Of a DNA stretch of 54,026 bases, positions 16,534-28,628 are shown piece by piece. The DNA is from Opitutia bacterium (GTDB lineage: Bacteria > Verrucomicrobiota > Verrucomicrobiia > Opitutales > T3Sed10-336): the NCBI GenBank assembly GCA_050506795.1, contig JBJHCF010000038.1, forward strand, positions 1 through 54,026, in the 5' to 3' direction. A program made the translations under genes and the position numbers. Under the pieces are notes generated by a model. It worked only from the letters and a program-made list of their open reading frames with translations. It was not told the origin of the DNA and did not search any database. Every line of letters begins with the position of its first letter. Position 1 is the stretch's first letter.

Positions 16534-16801
16534 CGATGCCCGATCGCCGATGGGACTGCCCCGGTTTGAGCCTCCGACCGCGGAAGCGGCGCCGACCGGA
16601 CGAGACGATCGACAATCTTTTCCGAGATTCCTGCTTGCCAGTCACGGACTGAAGGCTTTGTAATGATCGTTTTGCCACTCACTTCATCGGGAGCCGGCCG
16701 AAGCGCTGGTGATTCCCCGGACTCACAAGCGGTTGCCGTAGTCCCGGCAATCCGTTCACAAGCGGTTTTGCCGAAAAACCGTGAAAAAAATAAAAAATGA
16801 C

Positions 16802-16830
16802 TTGCCCGCTCTTGGGCGGCTCCTCATTTT
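16802..16830 (+). promoter_or_regulatory. Putative str operon promoter
   Basis: TTGCCC-N17-CATTTT preceded by an A-rich UP-like tract (16784-16797). Confidence 0.4.
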
Positions 16831-16868
16831 GGTCTCTTTTCACCGATTAACCGTAATACGATTTTTAC

Positions 16869-17243
16869 ATGCCGACGATTAATCAACTCGTACGCAAGGG
16901 CCGCAAGGCCGTCAAAACCAAGACCAAATCTCCGGCCCTGGACCGCAATCCGTTCCGCCGCGGTGTTTGTGTTCAGGTAATGACGCGTACGCCTAAAAAG
17001 CCGAACTCCGCCATTCGGAAGGTCGCCAAGGTGCGACTGACGAACGGAGTTGAAGTGATTTCATACATTCCGGACGAAGGCCACAACCTGCAGGAGCACA
17101 GTATCGTGTTGGTGCGCGGTGGTCGTGTGAAGGACCTTCCCGGGGTCCGCTACCACATCGTCCGCGGCGCCCTGGACACCCAGGGAGTGGAGAAACGTCG
17201 CCGCAGCCGTTCGAAATACGGAGTCAAACGTCCCAAGAAATAA
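16869..17243 (+). CDS. rpsL: 30S ribosomal protein S12
   Basis: [17 protein letters not shown] and [12 protein letters not shown]. Confidence 0.99.
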   Translation: MPTINQLVRKGRKAVKTKTKSPALDRNPFRRGVCVQVMTRTPKKPNSAIRKVAKVRLTNGVEVISYIPDEGHNLQEHSIVLVRGGRVKDLPGVRYHIVRGALDTQGVEKRRRSRSKYGVKRPKK

Positions 17244-17249
17244 ACGATC

Positions 17250-17723
17250 ATGTCACGTCGACGCAGAGCCGGTCGCAGAGCGATCAATCCCGATTCCCGT
17301 TACAACAGCACGTTGGTGACGCAGCTCATCAACATGATTATGGTGGACGGCAAGAAATCCACCGCGCAAAGCATCGTTTACGGCGCTTTCGAGCGGGTGA
17401 GCGAAAAGCTGGCCAAAGGGGATCCGATCGATCTCCTCCTGGGCGCCATGGAGAATATCCGTCCCCGCCTCGAGGTAAAAAGCCGCCGGGTCGGCGGTGC
17501 GACCTATCAGGTGCCGGTGGAGGTGCCTTTTGATCGTCAGCAGAGCGTCGCTTTTCGCTGGATAATCGCTTCCGCCCGCGGACGCAAAGGCGTGGCGATG
17601 CGTGATGCATTGGCCGACGAAATCGTCGATGCCTACAACAACACCGGCGCCGTGGTGAAGAAACGTGAGGACACCCACCGTATGGCCCAGGCTAACCGTG
17701 CGTTTGCGCACCTACGCTGGTAA
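17250..17723 (+). CDS. rpsG: 30S ribosomal protein S7
   Basis: [15 protein letters not shown] and [12 protein letters not shown]. Confidence 0.99.
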   Translation: MSRRRRAGRRAINPDSRYNSTLVTQLINMIMVDGKKSTAQSIVYGAFERVSEKLAKGDPIDLLLGAMENIRPRLEVKSRRVGGATYQVPVEVPFDRQQSVAFRWIIASARGRKGVAMRDALADEIVDAYNNTGAVVKKREDTHRMAQANRAFAHLRW

Positions 17724-17733
17724 AGAAAGAGTT

Positions 17734-19899
<2,166 letters not shown>

Positions 19900-19908
19900 A
19901 GGTGTGTC

Positions 19909-20217
19909 ATGAGCGATCAAAAGATACGTATTAAACTTAGAGGCTACGATTACCGTGTGATCGACCAGTCCGCTTCCGACATCGTCGAAACCGCGAAGCG
20001 GTCCGGCGCCCGGGTCTCCGGGCCGGTCCCTTTGCCGATTCGCATCGTGAAATACACCGTTAACCGTTCGCCGCACGTGGACAAGAAGTCGATGGACCAA
20101 TTCGAAATGCGCACTCACAAACGCCTGATCGATATTTTGGATCCCACGGCACAGACCGTCGACGAACTCAAGAAATTGAACCTGCCGGCCGGCGTTGACA
20201 TCACCATTAATGTCTGA
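19909..20217 (+). CDS. rpsJ: 30S ribosomal protein S10
   Basis: [19 protein letters not shown] and [12 protein letters not shown]. Confidence 0.99.
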   Translation: MSDQKIRIKLRGYDYRVIDQSASDIVETAKRSGARVSGPVPLPIRIVKYTVNRSPHVDKKSMDQFEMRTHKRLIDILDPTAQTVDELKKLNLPAGVDITINV

Positions 20218-20358
20218 TCGGCGCATCCGGGCGAATCACGTTAACCGAATTTTTCAAAGCTAACCTGCAAAGAGGCCGTCACCGACAACATTAACCGTCT
20301 AACGTAGGTCTTCGATGTAAACGGGAGCTGGAAAACTCCCACCTACCGCTTAGCAGTC

Positions 20359-21009
20359 ATGAAATTAGCACTATTGGGTAAGAAATTGGGCATGACCCAG
20401 GTATATGACAGTGAGAACCAGCTCGTTCCGGTCACTGTCATTGAAGCCGGTCCATGTCCCGTGGTTCAGGTAAAAAATGCGGATCGCGATGGCTACCATG
20501 CCATTCAGATCGGTTTTTCAGCGCAGAAGGAATCGCGACTGACCAAGGGTAAACTCGGCCACCTCAAAAAAGCAGGTGTTTCCCCGGTGGCCCGCCTCAA
20601 GGAGATCCGGCTGTCCGAGGCTCCGGAACAAAAGGAAGGTGATGTTCTCGATGTGACCCTCTTCACCGAAGGGGAGATGATCGATGTGGTAGGAACCACC
20701 AAGGGAAAAGGCTTTCAGGGCGTCGTGAAGCGGTTCCGCACCAAGGGCGGCCCGGCTTCCCACGGTTCCATGACCCACCGCCGGGTCGGGTCGATCGGAC
20801 TTTGCCAGACACCGGGACACGTTTTCAAAAATCAGATCATGCCCGGACACATGGGATCGGTCCGGCGGACCGTGCAGAATCTTCGGGTGATCAAGATCGA
20901 TACCGAGAAGAATCTTCTGTTGATCCGGGGTAATATTCCGGGCGCCAACGGGGACACCGTCCTGGTACGCGCGTCGAAGAAGACACGCAAGAATTCACAG
21001 GCCGCCTAA
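20359..21009 (+). CDS. rplC: 50S ribosomal protein L3
   Basis: LGKKLGMTQ, KGKGFQG and ASHGS. Confidence 0.99.
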   Translation: MKLALLGKKLGMTQVYDSENQLVPVTVIEAGPCPVVQVKNADRDGYHAIQIGFSAQKESRLTKGKLGHLKKAGVSPVARLKEIRLSEAPEQKEGDVLDVTLFTEGEMIDVVGTTKGKGFQGVVKRFRTKGGPASHGSMTHRRVGSIGLCQTPGHVFKNQIMPGHMGSVRRTVQNLRVIKIDTEKNLLLIRGNIPGANGDTVLVRASKKTRKNSQAA

Positions 21010-21025
21010 GGGAGTCACAAGAACG

Positions 21026-21664
21026 ATGAAATTGAAAGTTTATACATCGGACGGTTCGTCGAGCCAGGAAAGGGACTTCGACGGTTTCCCCACATTTGAG
21101 GGCGACACCGGTTTGCAGGCCGTCAAAGACGTGGTCACCGCCATGCGGGCCAATGCCCGGCAGGGAAACGCCAGCACCAAGACGCGGGGCGAAGTCAGCG
21201 GGAGCGGAAAAAAGCCGTGGCGCCAGAAGGGCACCGGTAACGCCCGTGCCGGCAGCCGCCGTTCGCCGATCTGGGTTGGCGGTGGCATCGTTTTCGGGCC
21301 CCGACCGCGGGATTACTCGAAGAAGGTCAATCGCAAGGTGAAGAGTCTCGCCCTTCGCCGCGCGCTTTTCGACGTGGTTTCCAGCGGCGGCCTTCAGGTG
21401 ATCGAGGAATTCAAGGTCAGCCCTGCGAAAACCAAGGTTTTGGCGGCGACCCTGGAGCGGATCTTTCCCGAAGGCAAAGTACTGCTGGTGGACGACACGT
21501 TTACGGACGAAACCGTAATGGGCGGTCGCAATATCGCCCGCGTAAGTTTTCAGGAGGCCGAAACGTTGAACACGTACGATCTCTCCCTATTTGAGAAAAT
21601 CCTAATTTCCGAAAAGGCACTTACTCGCCTGCTGGAGCGGTTGAACGGAGGCAAAGCATCATGA
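21026..21664 (+). CDS. rplD: 50S ribosomal protein L4
   Basis: [27 protein letters not shown]. Confidence 0.99.
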   Translation: MKLKVYTSDGSSSQERDFDGFPTFEGDTGLQAVKDVVTAMRANARQGNASTKTRGEVSGSGKKPWRQKGTGNARAGSRRSPIWVGGGIVFGPRPRDYSKKVNRKVKSLALRRALFDVVSSGGLQVIEEFKVSPAKTKVLAATLERIFPEGKVLLVDDTFTDETVMGGRNIARVSFQEAETLNTYDLSLFEKILISEKALTRLLERLNGGKAS

Positions 21665-21948
21665 AGTCGCCCGATCAAGTGATTAAATCCCTGAGATTGA
21701 CCGAGAAGTCGACGCAACTGTCGGCCAATACCGGACAATACACTTTCGAGGTTTTTGACAGCGCCGATAAGATTTCCATCAAGAATGCGGTGGAAAAGGT
21801 CTTTAAGGTGACCGTCAGGAAAGTGAACGTAATGCGCACCAAACCGCGCGTGTCGCGGAATATGCGCACGGGCAGAATGGGCCGCAAAAGCGGAATGAAG
21901 AAAGCCATCGTGACGTTGCAGGAAGGCGACAAGATCGAAATCGTCTAA
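21661..21948 (+). CDS. rplW: 50S ribosomal protein L23
   Basis: LTEKS, YTFEV and KKAIVTL; operon position. Confidence 0.97.
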   Translation: MKSPDQVIKSLRLTEKSTQLSANTGQYTFEVFDSADKISIKNAVEKVFKVTVRKVNVMRTKPRVSRNMRTGRMGRKSGMKKAIVTLQEGDKIEIV

Positions 21949-21981
21949 CCGGGTTCCGAACCCACGAAGCTCACTAATCTC

Positions 21982-22827
21982 ATGCCTCTTAAGAAATTCA
22001 GACCACTCACACCGACCCAGCGCTATCTCGTGCTGAGCCAGCAGTCCGACCTGTCGGAGAAACGTCCGGAGAAAAAACTCTCCAAATCGAAGGGTAAGTC
22101 CGGTGGACGTAATTGTTATGGACGGGTGACCTCACGTCGGCGCGGCGGCGGTCATAAACGCCTCTATCGCGAAATCGATTTCCGTCGCGAAAAGATTGAC
22201 ATCCCGGCTCGGGTCCAGGCGATCGAATACGATCCCAATCGTTCGGCGAATATTGCACTCCTGGCTTATCGTGACGGTGAAAAGCGCTACATCCTGGCTC
22301 CCCGAGGGGTCAGCGAGGGCGACACCCTGATCTCCGCGGAACAGGCGCCTTTTGACGCCGGTAACTGTATGCCTTTGCGGGTTATTCCGCCGGCGACAAA
22401 GATCCATGCCATCGAGATGATACCGGGCAAAGGCGCTCAAATGGTGCGTTCGGCCGGTATGGCGGCCCAACTGATTTCCGTGGATGGAGATCGCGCCACC
22501 ATTAAACTGCCTTCCGGGGAAATCCGGGTCATTCATTCCCGTTGCCGCGCAACTATCGGGGAGGTCGGGAATCACGAGCACGGCAACATTATCGACGGTA
22601 AGGCCGGACGCCGCCGCTGGAAGGGACGTCGTCCTCGAGTTCGCGGGGTGGCGATGAATCCGGTGGATCACCCGATGGGTGGCGGTGAGGGACGCACCTC
22701 GGGTGGGGGAAATCCGGTTTCGCCCTGGGGTCAATTGGCCAAGGGGTATCCCACGCGCCGCCGTTCCAAGCCTTCCAACGCCTTTATCCTGGTGCGCCGG
22801 GACGGAACCAAAGTTAAGAATAAATAA
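21982..22827 (+). CDS. rplB: 50S ribosomal protein L2
   Basis: IEYDPNRSANIAL and RGVAMNPVDHPMGGGEG. Confidence 0.99.
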   Translation: MPLKKFRPLTPTQRYLVLSQQSDLSEKRPEKKLSKSKGKSGGRNCYGRVTSRRRGGGHKRLYREIDFRREKIDIPARVQAIEYDPNRSANIALLAYRDGEKRYILAPRGVSEGDTLISAEQAPFDAGNCMPLRVIPPATKIHAIEMIPGKGAQMVRSAGMAAQLISVDGDRATIKLPSGEIRVIHSRCRATIGEVGNHEHGNIIDGKAGRRRWKGRRPRVRGVAMNPVDHPMGGGEGRTSGGGNPVSPWGQLAKGYPTRRRSKPSNAFILVRRDGTKVKNK

Positions 22828-22833
22828 CGCTTT

Positions 22834-23103
22834 ATGGCACGTTCGATTAAAAAAGGCTTTTACGTCGATCCGACGCTCCAGGATAAGGTGGAGCAGGCAC
22901 AGCAGGCGGGCGCCCGCAAGCCGGTTCAGACCTGGTCACGTCGATCCACCATTACTCCGGACTTCGTCGGGGTGACGTTCAACGTTCACAACGGTAAGTC
23001 CTTTGTGCCGGTCTACGTGACCGAGAACATGGTTGGACACAAACTCGGTGAATTTGCGCTGACGCGTAATTTCAAGGGTCACGGTTCACACACCAAAAAA
23101 TAA
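22834..23103 (+). CDS. rpsS: 30S ribosomal protein S19
   Basis: TWSRRSTI and [10 protein letters not shown]. Confidence 0.99.
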   Translation: MARSIKKGFYVDPTLQDKVEQAQQAGARKPVQTWSRRSTITPDFVGVTFNVHNGKSFVPVYVTENMVGHKLGEFALTRNFKGHGSHTKK

Positions 23104-23125
23104 GCCGGCTACTGGAGACCATTCG

Positions 23126-23551
23126 ATGAAGTCTTTCTTTTCCGTAAACGCAAGTCAGGTACGCATTCTCGCCGCGGCGGGAACGCGCGCCGTTGCGGCC
23201 TTGGCCCTGGCTCTCGGGGTAATGGCGACGGGAAACACCCTGCCGGCAGCCGATTTGCCGGTGTACGAACGGCCGGCGTTCGTTCACATCGAGCCCGGCG
23301 ACATTGCCCCGGCGGAGGTTCGCGAGATTCGCTCCACCGAGGTGACTGACCTCGTCCTGGTGGCCGGCGGCTATCAGCACGGCTACCGGCCCGGTATGGT
23401 TTGTCGCGTCATTCGTGACGACGAAAATGTCGCCGAGATTTTGCTGGTGGAGGTTAGGGATCGGGTGTCAGCAGGCATTATTGTGGGTATCCTTTCGGAA
23501 AAAATTATTGAGCCGGGCGACGCGGTACGCGTTAAGACCCTGCAACACTGA
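23126..23551 (+). CDS. Hypothetical exported or membrane-anchored protein inserted in the S10 operon
   Basis: 141-aa ORF fills the rpsS-rplV gap (22 and 13 bp spacers), GGAG upstream, hydrophobic N-terminal segment, beta-rich C-terminal domain (GYRPGMVCRV..IEPGDAV). Confidence 0.8.
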   Translation: MKSFFSVNASQVRILAAAGTRAVAALALALGVMATGNTLPAADLPVYERPAFVHIEPGDIAPAEVREIRSTEVTDLVLVAGGYQHGYRPGMVCRVIRDDENVAEILLVEVRDRVSAGIIVGILSEKIIEPGDAVRVKTLQH

Positions 23552-23564
23552 AACTTAAAGCATC

Positions 23565-23909
23565 ATGGAAATTCAATCGTTAACCAAGTACGCTCGGATG
23601 TCGCCCAAGAAGGTGCGGGAGATCACCTTGGAGATACAGGGACGCAACGCGGCCAGCGCGCTGGAGATGTTGTCTTTTATTCCCCGTAAATCCGCCCGTT
23701 TGGTGGCCAAGACCCTTAAGTCGGCCGTAGCCAACGCGGAGAACAACAACAACCTGTCTTCCGACGATCTGACCATTAAGACTGCCGTGGTGGAGCAGGG
23801 GCCGGTGTTCAAACGATTTCGACCCGGCGCGCGGGGCTCGGCGAAACCCTATCGCAAACGGACCAGTCACATTCGCATCGTCCTGACCGACGAAGTCCCA
23901 ACCAAATAA
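23565..23909 (+). CDS. rplV: 50S ribosomal protein L22
   Basis: RMSPKKVR, SAVANAENN and KRTSHIRIV. Confidence 0.99.
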   Translation: MEIQSLTKYARMSPKKVREITLEIQGRNAASALEMLSFIPRKSARLVAKTLKSAVANAENNNNLSSDDLTIKTAVVEQGPVFKRFRPGARGSAKPYRKRTSHIRIVLTDEVPTK

Positions 23910-23915
23910 TCTGTC

Positions 23916-24557
23916 ATGGGCCAAAAAGTAAATCCAATCGGTTTTCGTCTTCCGATCAATCGCAACTGGCAATCCCGTTGGTATGCGGACAAGAAGGAAT
24001 TCGGTCTGCTCCTGCGGGAAGACAAGTTCATCCGCGACCGCCTGCACGAAAAACTCAAATTCGCCGCCGTTCCCCGGATCCTGATCGAACGGGCCTCCAA
24101 TCGCGTTCGGGTGAAGATCTTTACCGCCCGTCCCGGCATTGTGATCGGCCGAAAAGGACAGGAACTGGAGAAAATCAAGGAGGATCTCAGCAAGGTCACC
24201 GGACGGGATATCCTGCTCGATATCCAAGAGGTGAAGAAACCCGAACTCGACGCCCAACTGGTGGCTGAGAGCGTCGCGCTTCAGCTTGAACGCCGTATTT
24301 CCTTCCGGCGGGCGATGAAGAAGGCGGTGCAAATCGCGGTAAGTCTGGGAGCGGAAGGTATTCGTATTCAGGCTTCCGGGCGTCTTGGCGGGGCGGATAT
24401 CGCTCGCACCGAGTCGCAACGCTATGGCAGCGTGCCGTTGCATACCTTGCGCGAAGACATCGATTACGGTTTCGCCGAAGGCCGGACCATGTACGGGATT
24501 ATTGGGGTGAAATGCTGGGTTTGCGCACCCTCCACCAACGGCGGTCCCGGCAACTGA
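23916..24557 (+). CDS. rpsC: 30S ribosomal protein S3
   Basis: [20 protein letters not shown] and VPLHTLR. Confidence 0.99.
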   Translation: MGQKVNPIGFRLPINRNWQSRWYADKKEFGLLLREDKFIRDRLHEKLKFAAVPRILIERASNRVRVKIFTARPGIVIGRKGQELEKIKEDLSKVTGRDILLDIQEVKKPELDAQLVAESVALQLERRISFRRAMKKAVQIAVSLGAEGIRIQASGRLGGADIARTESQRYGSVPLHTLREDIDYGFAEGRTMYGIIGVKCWVCAPSTNGGPGN

Positions 24558-24593
24558 AGTTTTTAAAGATTATTAATCCAGCCAACCTGAGTC

Positions 24594-25007
24594 ATGCCAC
24601 TTATTCCATCCAGAACAAAGTTCCGTAAAGTCCATCGCGGGAGTCGCGCGGGCAACGCTACCCGGGGCAACACCCTCTCTTTCGGTGAGTACGGGATCCA
24701 GACGCTGGAGCGCGGTTGGATGACTGCGGCCCAGATCGAGGCCGCCCGTGTCGCCATCACCCGTAACATGAAACGTAAGGGTAAAGTGTGGATCCGTGTG
24801 TTTCCCCACAAACCTGTGACCAAGAAGCCGGCTGAAACCCGTATGGGTAAAGGCAAGGGGGGCGTGGAGTTTTGGGTGGCCGTGGTCCGTCCGGGAACCG
24901 TCCTCTTCGAAATCTCCGGAGTTTCTCCGACGGTGGCCAAGGAATCGCTCCGCCTGGCCGATACCAAGCTTCCCTTCCGGTGCCGCTTTATCGCCCGCGA
25001 GGAGTGA
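24594..25007 (+). CDS. rplP: 50S ribosomal protein L16
   Basis: QIEAARVA and [12 protein letters not shown]. Confidence 0.99.
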   Translation: MPLIPSRTKFRKVHRGSRAGNATRGNTLSFGEYGIQTLERGWMTAAQIEAARVAITRNMKRKGKVWIRVFPHKPVTKKPAETRMGKGKGGVEFWVAVVRPGTVLFEISGVSPTVAKESLRLADTKLPFRCRFIAREE

Positions 25008-25036
25008 TCAGAGCGCAACAGAACGACCAAATCGCC

Positions 25037-25240
25037 ATGAAAGTCCAGGAACTGAAAGAATTGTCCGCCGAAGAAATCGGCAAGAAACTGCGCGACTCCC
25101 GTGAGGAACTGCTGGATCTGCGCCTGCGCAAACAGGCGGGCCAGCTCGAAAAAACCCATGAGATTCGTCTTCTGCGCCGGGATATCGCGCGCTGCCAGAC
25201 CATCCTCGCCGACAAGAAGAAAGCCGCCTCAGCCACTTGA
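25037..25240 (+). CDS. rpmC: 50S ribosomal protein L29
   Basis: MKVQELKELS, ELLDLR and IRLLRRDIAR; ATG at 25037. Confidence 0.96.
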   Translation: MKVQELKELSAEEIGKKLRDSREELLDLRLRKQAGQLEKTHEIRLLRRDIARCQTILADKKKAASAT

Positions 25241-25263
25241 GGCAATAAAGCCCACTTATCAAC

Positions 25264-25572
25264 ATGAGCGAACAGACGCGCAACAAGCGTAAATCCTATA
25301 TCGGAGTTGTCACCAGTAATTCGGGCGACAAGTCCATCAAGGTGACGATCTCCTACAAGATTCCCCACCCGCGTTACCGCAAGACGATCAACCGTAAAAC
25401 GGTGGTCCACGCGCACGACGAAAAGAACGAAACGAAGACGGGTGACAAGGTTGAAATCATGGAGACACGTCCGTTGAGCAAACTGAAACGTTGGCGTGTC
25501 CTTCGCGTGCTTGAAGCGGCGCCGGTGGCAGTGGTTCCGGCTGTCGCCGAGTCCGAAACCGAGGCCTCCTGA
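25264..25572 (+). CDS. rpsQ: 30S ribosomal protein S17
   Basis: HPRYRK, HDEKN and [11 protein letters not shown]. Confidence 0.98.
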   Translation: MSEQTRNKRKSYIGVVTSNSGDKSIKVTISYKIPHPRYRKTINRKTVVHAHDEKNETKTGDKVEIMETRPLSKLKRWRVLRVLEAAPVAVVPAVAESETEAS

Positions 25573-25595
25573 ACGGAGAAAGGATTCTACCAGCT

Positions 25596-25958
25596 ATGAT
25601 ACAGCTTCTCAGCAGTCTTAACGTCGCCGACAATACCGGCGCAAGAAAGGCGAAAATGATTCGCCGCCTCGGCCAGTTGAAGAAAACGGCGGGCGTGGGT
25701 GACATTGTCGTCGTCAACATCAAGGACAGCGCCACCGACGCCAACGTCAAGAAAGGCGATGTGGTCCGGGCGGTTGTGGTGCGCACCAAGGCGCCGATTC
25801 GCCGCGCGGATGGCAGCTACCTGCGTTTCGACAGCAATGCCGTGGTGATCCTGGATGGAAACAATAACCCGCGGGGCACCCGTATTTTCGGACCCGTTCC
25901 CCGCGAACTGCGCCAGCGGTTCATGAAAATTATCTCATTGGCGCCGGAGGTTCTGTAA
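25596..25958 (+). CDS. rplN: 50S ribosomal protein L14
   Basis: [15 protein letters not shown] and [10 protein letters not shown]. Confidence 0.99.
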   Translation: MIQLLSSLNVADNTGARKAKMIRRLGQLKKTAGVGDIVVVNIKDSATDANVKKGDVVRAVVVRTKAPIRRADGSYLRFDSNAVVILDGNNNPRGTRIFGPVPRELRQRFMKIISLAPEVL

Positions 25959-26218
25959 TGGCTTCAAGACACATTAAAAAAGGTGATCAGGTTCTCGTGA
26001 TCAGCGGGAGTCACTCGGGCAAACAAGGCAAGGTTTTGCAGGTTCTGCCAAGAAAAGACCGTGCTATTGTCGAGGGCGTCGCCATGATCAAAAAACATCA
26101 ACGCAAAGACCGGGATAATCCCGAGGGTTCCATCGTCGAACGCGAGGCCTCGATTCACATCTCGAATCTCAAAAAGGTTGCCGCCGAAGAAAGGGCGGAA
26201 TCCGGTCGGGAGGAATGA
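25958..26218 (+). CDS. rplX: 50S ribosomal protein L24
   Basis: KOW motif [12 protein letters not shown] and EASIHISN. Confidence 0.98.
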   Translation: MASRHIKKGDQVLVISGSHSGKQGKVLQVLPRKDRAIVEGVAMIKKHQRKDRDNPEGSIVEREASIHISNLKKVAAEERAESGREE

Positions 26219-26236
26219 ATCCCTGGAATTAGCCAC

Positions 26237-26265
26237 TTGCATTACCTGATCCCGAGCGCCAGAAT
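26237..26265 (+). promoter_or_regulatory. Putative internal promoter upstream of rplE
   Basis: TTGCAT-N17-CAGAAT in the 118-bp rplX-rplE gap. Confidence 0.45.
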
Positions 26266-26336
26266 TACTTCTTTTTTTAATTCCCAGTAGCGTTCGTAAC
26301 CGACCGGGAAGGAAATCCGGTCAAAAGCGAAATACC

Positions 26337-26912
26337 ATGTACGAGCCAATCTTAAAGACTTATTATCGCGATACCATTGTGCCCGCCTTGATCAAGGAGC
26401 GGGGCTACAAAAACCGGCACCAGGTGCCGGCAATTGAAAAGGTCGTGATTAACAGCGGAATGAACGCCTCTATCGATAAGGCGGGAATCAACGATACTGT
26501 TCAGGATATCACTAATATCGCGGGTCAGCGACCGGTTTTGACCAAGGCCCGCAAAAGCATTTCTAACTTCAAGTTGCGGCAGGGCATGCCGATCGGAACC
26601 AAGGTGACTCTGCGGGGGGCGGCAATGTACGATTTCCTGCATCGTCTGATTTCCATCGCGCTACCGGCCATCCGCGATTTCCGCGGCGTATCCAATAAAC
26701 TTGACGGGAATGGCAATTACACCATCGGGATAGCGGACCACACGATCTTCCCTGAAATTTCGGTGGACAATGTCAAAAGGGTGGTGGGTATGGATATCAC
26801 GATCGTGACAACGACCAACGACGACGACATCGCCCGTGAACTGCTCAAGCATTTCGGCATGCCTTTCCGCCGCTCCGAATCCGCAGCCTCCGCCGAAGTG
26901 GCCAGCGCGTAA
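26337..26912 (+). CDS. rplE: 50S ribosomal protein L5
   Basis: ARKSISNFKLR, IRDFRG and GMDITIVT. Confidence 0.99.
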   Translation: MYEPILKTYYRDTIVPALIKERGYKNRHQVPAIEKVVINSGMNASIDKAGINDTVQDITNIAGQRPVLTKARKSISNFKLRQGMPIGTKVTLRGAAMYDFLHRLISIALPAIRDFRGVSNKLDGNGNYTIGIADHTIFPEISVDNVKRVVGMDITIVTTTNDDDIARELLKHFGMPFRRSESAASAEVASA

Positions 26913-26938
26913 CCCGTATCTGAACCGAATATTCGACA

Positions 26939-27244
26939 ATGGCTAAGAAGTCTGCAATCCAACGAAATCTGAAACGGCAGCGCCTGGTGGAAAAGTACTC
27001 CGCCAAGCGGGCTGAATTGAAGGCCATCCTGGCCAATCCGGAAACCACCGATGAGGCCTTTTTTGACGCCCAGCGCAAGTTGGCCAACATCCCCCGCAAC
27101 GCCTCGCCGGTTCGCATCAAGAACCGTTGTCTTTCCACGGGTCGTCCCCGTGCCTACATTCGCCGGTTCCGGCTCTCCCGCATCGCGTTTCGCGAGTTGG
27201 CCCTCGCCGGAAAGATCCCCGGTGTCACCAAGTCTTCCTGGTGA
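26939..27244 (+). CDS. rpsN: 30S ribosomal protein S14 (long, zinc-independent type)
   Basis: 101 aa; [11 protein letters not shown] and [11 protein letters not shown]; no CxxC pairs. Confidence 0.98.
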   Translation: MAKKSAIQRNLKRQRLVEKYSAKRAELKAILANPETTDEAFFDAQRKLANIPRNASPVRIKNRCLSTGRPRAYIRRFRLSRIAFRELALAGKIPGVTKSSW

Positions 27245-27291
27245 CGCCGAGGTTGGAAGTCCGGATATCATCCAACAGGACATAAATTTAT

Positions 27292-27684
27292 ATGACCGAT
27301 CCGATCAGTGATTTTTTAACCCGCATCCGTAATGCGAGCCGTGCCGGGAAACCCGAGTGCCGGGCGCAGCATTCCAAAATGAAGGAGGCCATTGCCGGCA
27401 TCCTGAAGGAGGAAGGCTTTGTCCGCGAATTCCGCTCCGAAACCGATGATCGCGGCCACAAGTATATTGTGGTTGATCTGAAGTATGTCGAGGGTGCGGC
27501 GGCGATCGCCGGAATTCAGCGCATCAGCAAACCCGGCCGCCGCCTTTATTATAAGTCCGATGAAATTCCTCGCGTCCTGGAAGGTTTGGGGGTGGGAATC
27601 CTCACCACCTCTCGCGGACTTATGAAAGATTCGGAAGCGCGCCGGAACCGCCTTGGCGGGGAACTGGTTTGCACGGTCTGGTAA
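27292..27684 (+). CDS. rpsH: 30S ribosomal protein S8
   Basis: MTDPISDFLTRIRN, ISKPGRR and LGGELVC. Confidence 0.99.
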   Translation: MTDPISDFLTRIRNASRAGKPECRAQHSKMKEAIAGILKEEGFVREFRSETDDRGHKYIVVDLKYVEGAAAIAGIQRISKPGRRLYYKSDEIPRVLEGLGVGILTTSRGLMKDSEARRNRLGGELVCTVW

Positions 27685-27702
27685 GCAATAGGAACACGTA
27701 TA

Positions 27703-28239
27703 ATGAGCAGAACAGGCAAATTACCGGTCCCGATTCCCGACAAAGTCAAGGTATCCGTGGATCAAACGACCGTCACGGTCGAGGGTCCCAAGGGCAAATT
27801 GAGCAACACCTTTGCGCCTGCGGTCAAAATCACCGTTGGTGACGAGGGCGTGGCGGTTCTGCCGTCCGATACCAGTCGCTTCGCCGGTGCCATGCAGGGC
27901 ACAACCCGTTCGATCATTTCGAACATGGTGAAAGGGGTTGTGGATGGTTTCAGCAAGGACCTGCAGATCAACGGAGTTGGTTTCCGGGCTTCGGTCAACG
28001 GCAACATTCTCGACCTGTCGGTGGGGTACTCTCACCCGATCAGGTACCAAATCCCGGAGGGGATTCTGGTTACGGTGGCCGAGAACACCAAGCTGAAGGT
28101 CCAGGGGATCGACAAGCAGAAAGTCGGCGCCGTGGCGGCCGACATCAAGCGTTATTATCCGCCCGAACCCTATAAGGGTAAAGGTATTCATATCGTGGGC
28201 GAACACATTGTGCGTAAGGAAGGCAAGACCGTTTCCTGA
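27703..28239 (+). CDS. rplF: 50S ribosomal protein L6
   Basis: GPKG, GVGFRA and PEPYKGKG. Confidence 0.99.
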   Translation: MSRTGKLPVPIPDKVKVSVDQTTVTVEGPKGKLSNTFAPAVKITVGDEGVAVLPSDTSRFAGAMQGTTRSIISNMVKGVVDGFSKDLQINGVGFRASVNGNILDLSVGYSHPIRYQIPEGILVTVAENTKLKVQGIDKQKVGAVAADIKRYYPPEPYKGKGIHIVGEHIVRKEGKTVS

Positions 28240-28259
28240 CGCCGGGTCCGAGGAATCCT

Positions 28260-28622
28260 ATGAAGCTTCAAAAGAAAACATTACTGAAACAAAAACGCCG
28301 CTGGAGAATCCGGCGGAAGATCCATGGCACCGCGGATCGGCCGCGGTTGGCAGTGCATTTTAGCGGCAAGCATATTTACGCTCAGTGCATCGATGACGAA
28401 GTCGGCCGGACACTGGTGTATCTGTCGACTTTGGCCAAGGATTTGCGCGAAGAGAAGATCGGACCAAGTGTTCCCGGCGCGGAACGCATGGGTAGCCTTT
28501 TTGGAGAAAAAGCCAAAAGCGCGGGGATTTCGACCGTCGTGTTCGACCGCTCCGGTCGTCCTTATCACGGCCGGGTGAAAGCCTTCGCCGACGCCGCGCG
28601 GGAAGCGGGCCTCAATTTCTAA
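28260..28622 (+). CDS. rplR: 50S ribosomal protein L18
   Basis: RPRLAV and VVFDRSG..YHGRVKA. Confidence 0.99.
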   Translation: MKLQKKTLLKQKRRWRIRRKIHGTADRPRLAVHFSGKHIYAQCIDDEVGRTLVYLSTLAKDLREEKIGPSVPGAERMGSLFGEKAKSAGISTVVFDRSGRPYHGRVKAFADAAREAGLNF

Positions 28623-28628
28623 GCAATT

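Noticed and set aside
16534..16868. tRNA, SRP or 6S RNA gene
   Set aside because: No cloverleaf or T-loop, no SRP GGAAGGAAGCAG motif and no long 6S-like rod could be built by eye.
17665..17733. Longer fusA start; likewise upstream starts for miaA, hisH, GH112, rpmC, the antitoxin and the transposase
   Set aside because: They overlap upstream genes or promoter regions and add non-homologous sequence; downstream ATGs were preferred.
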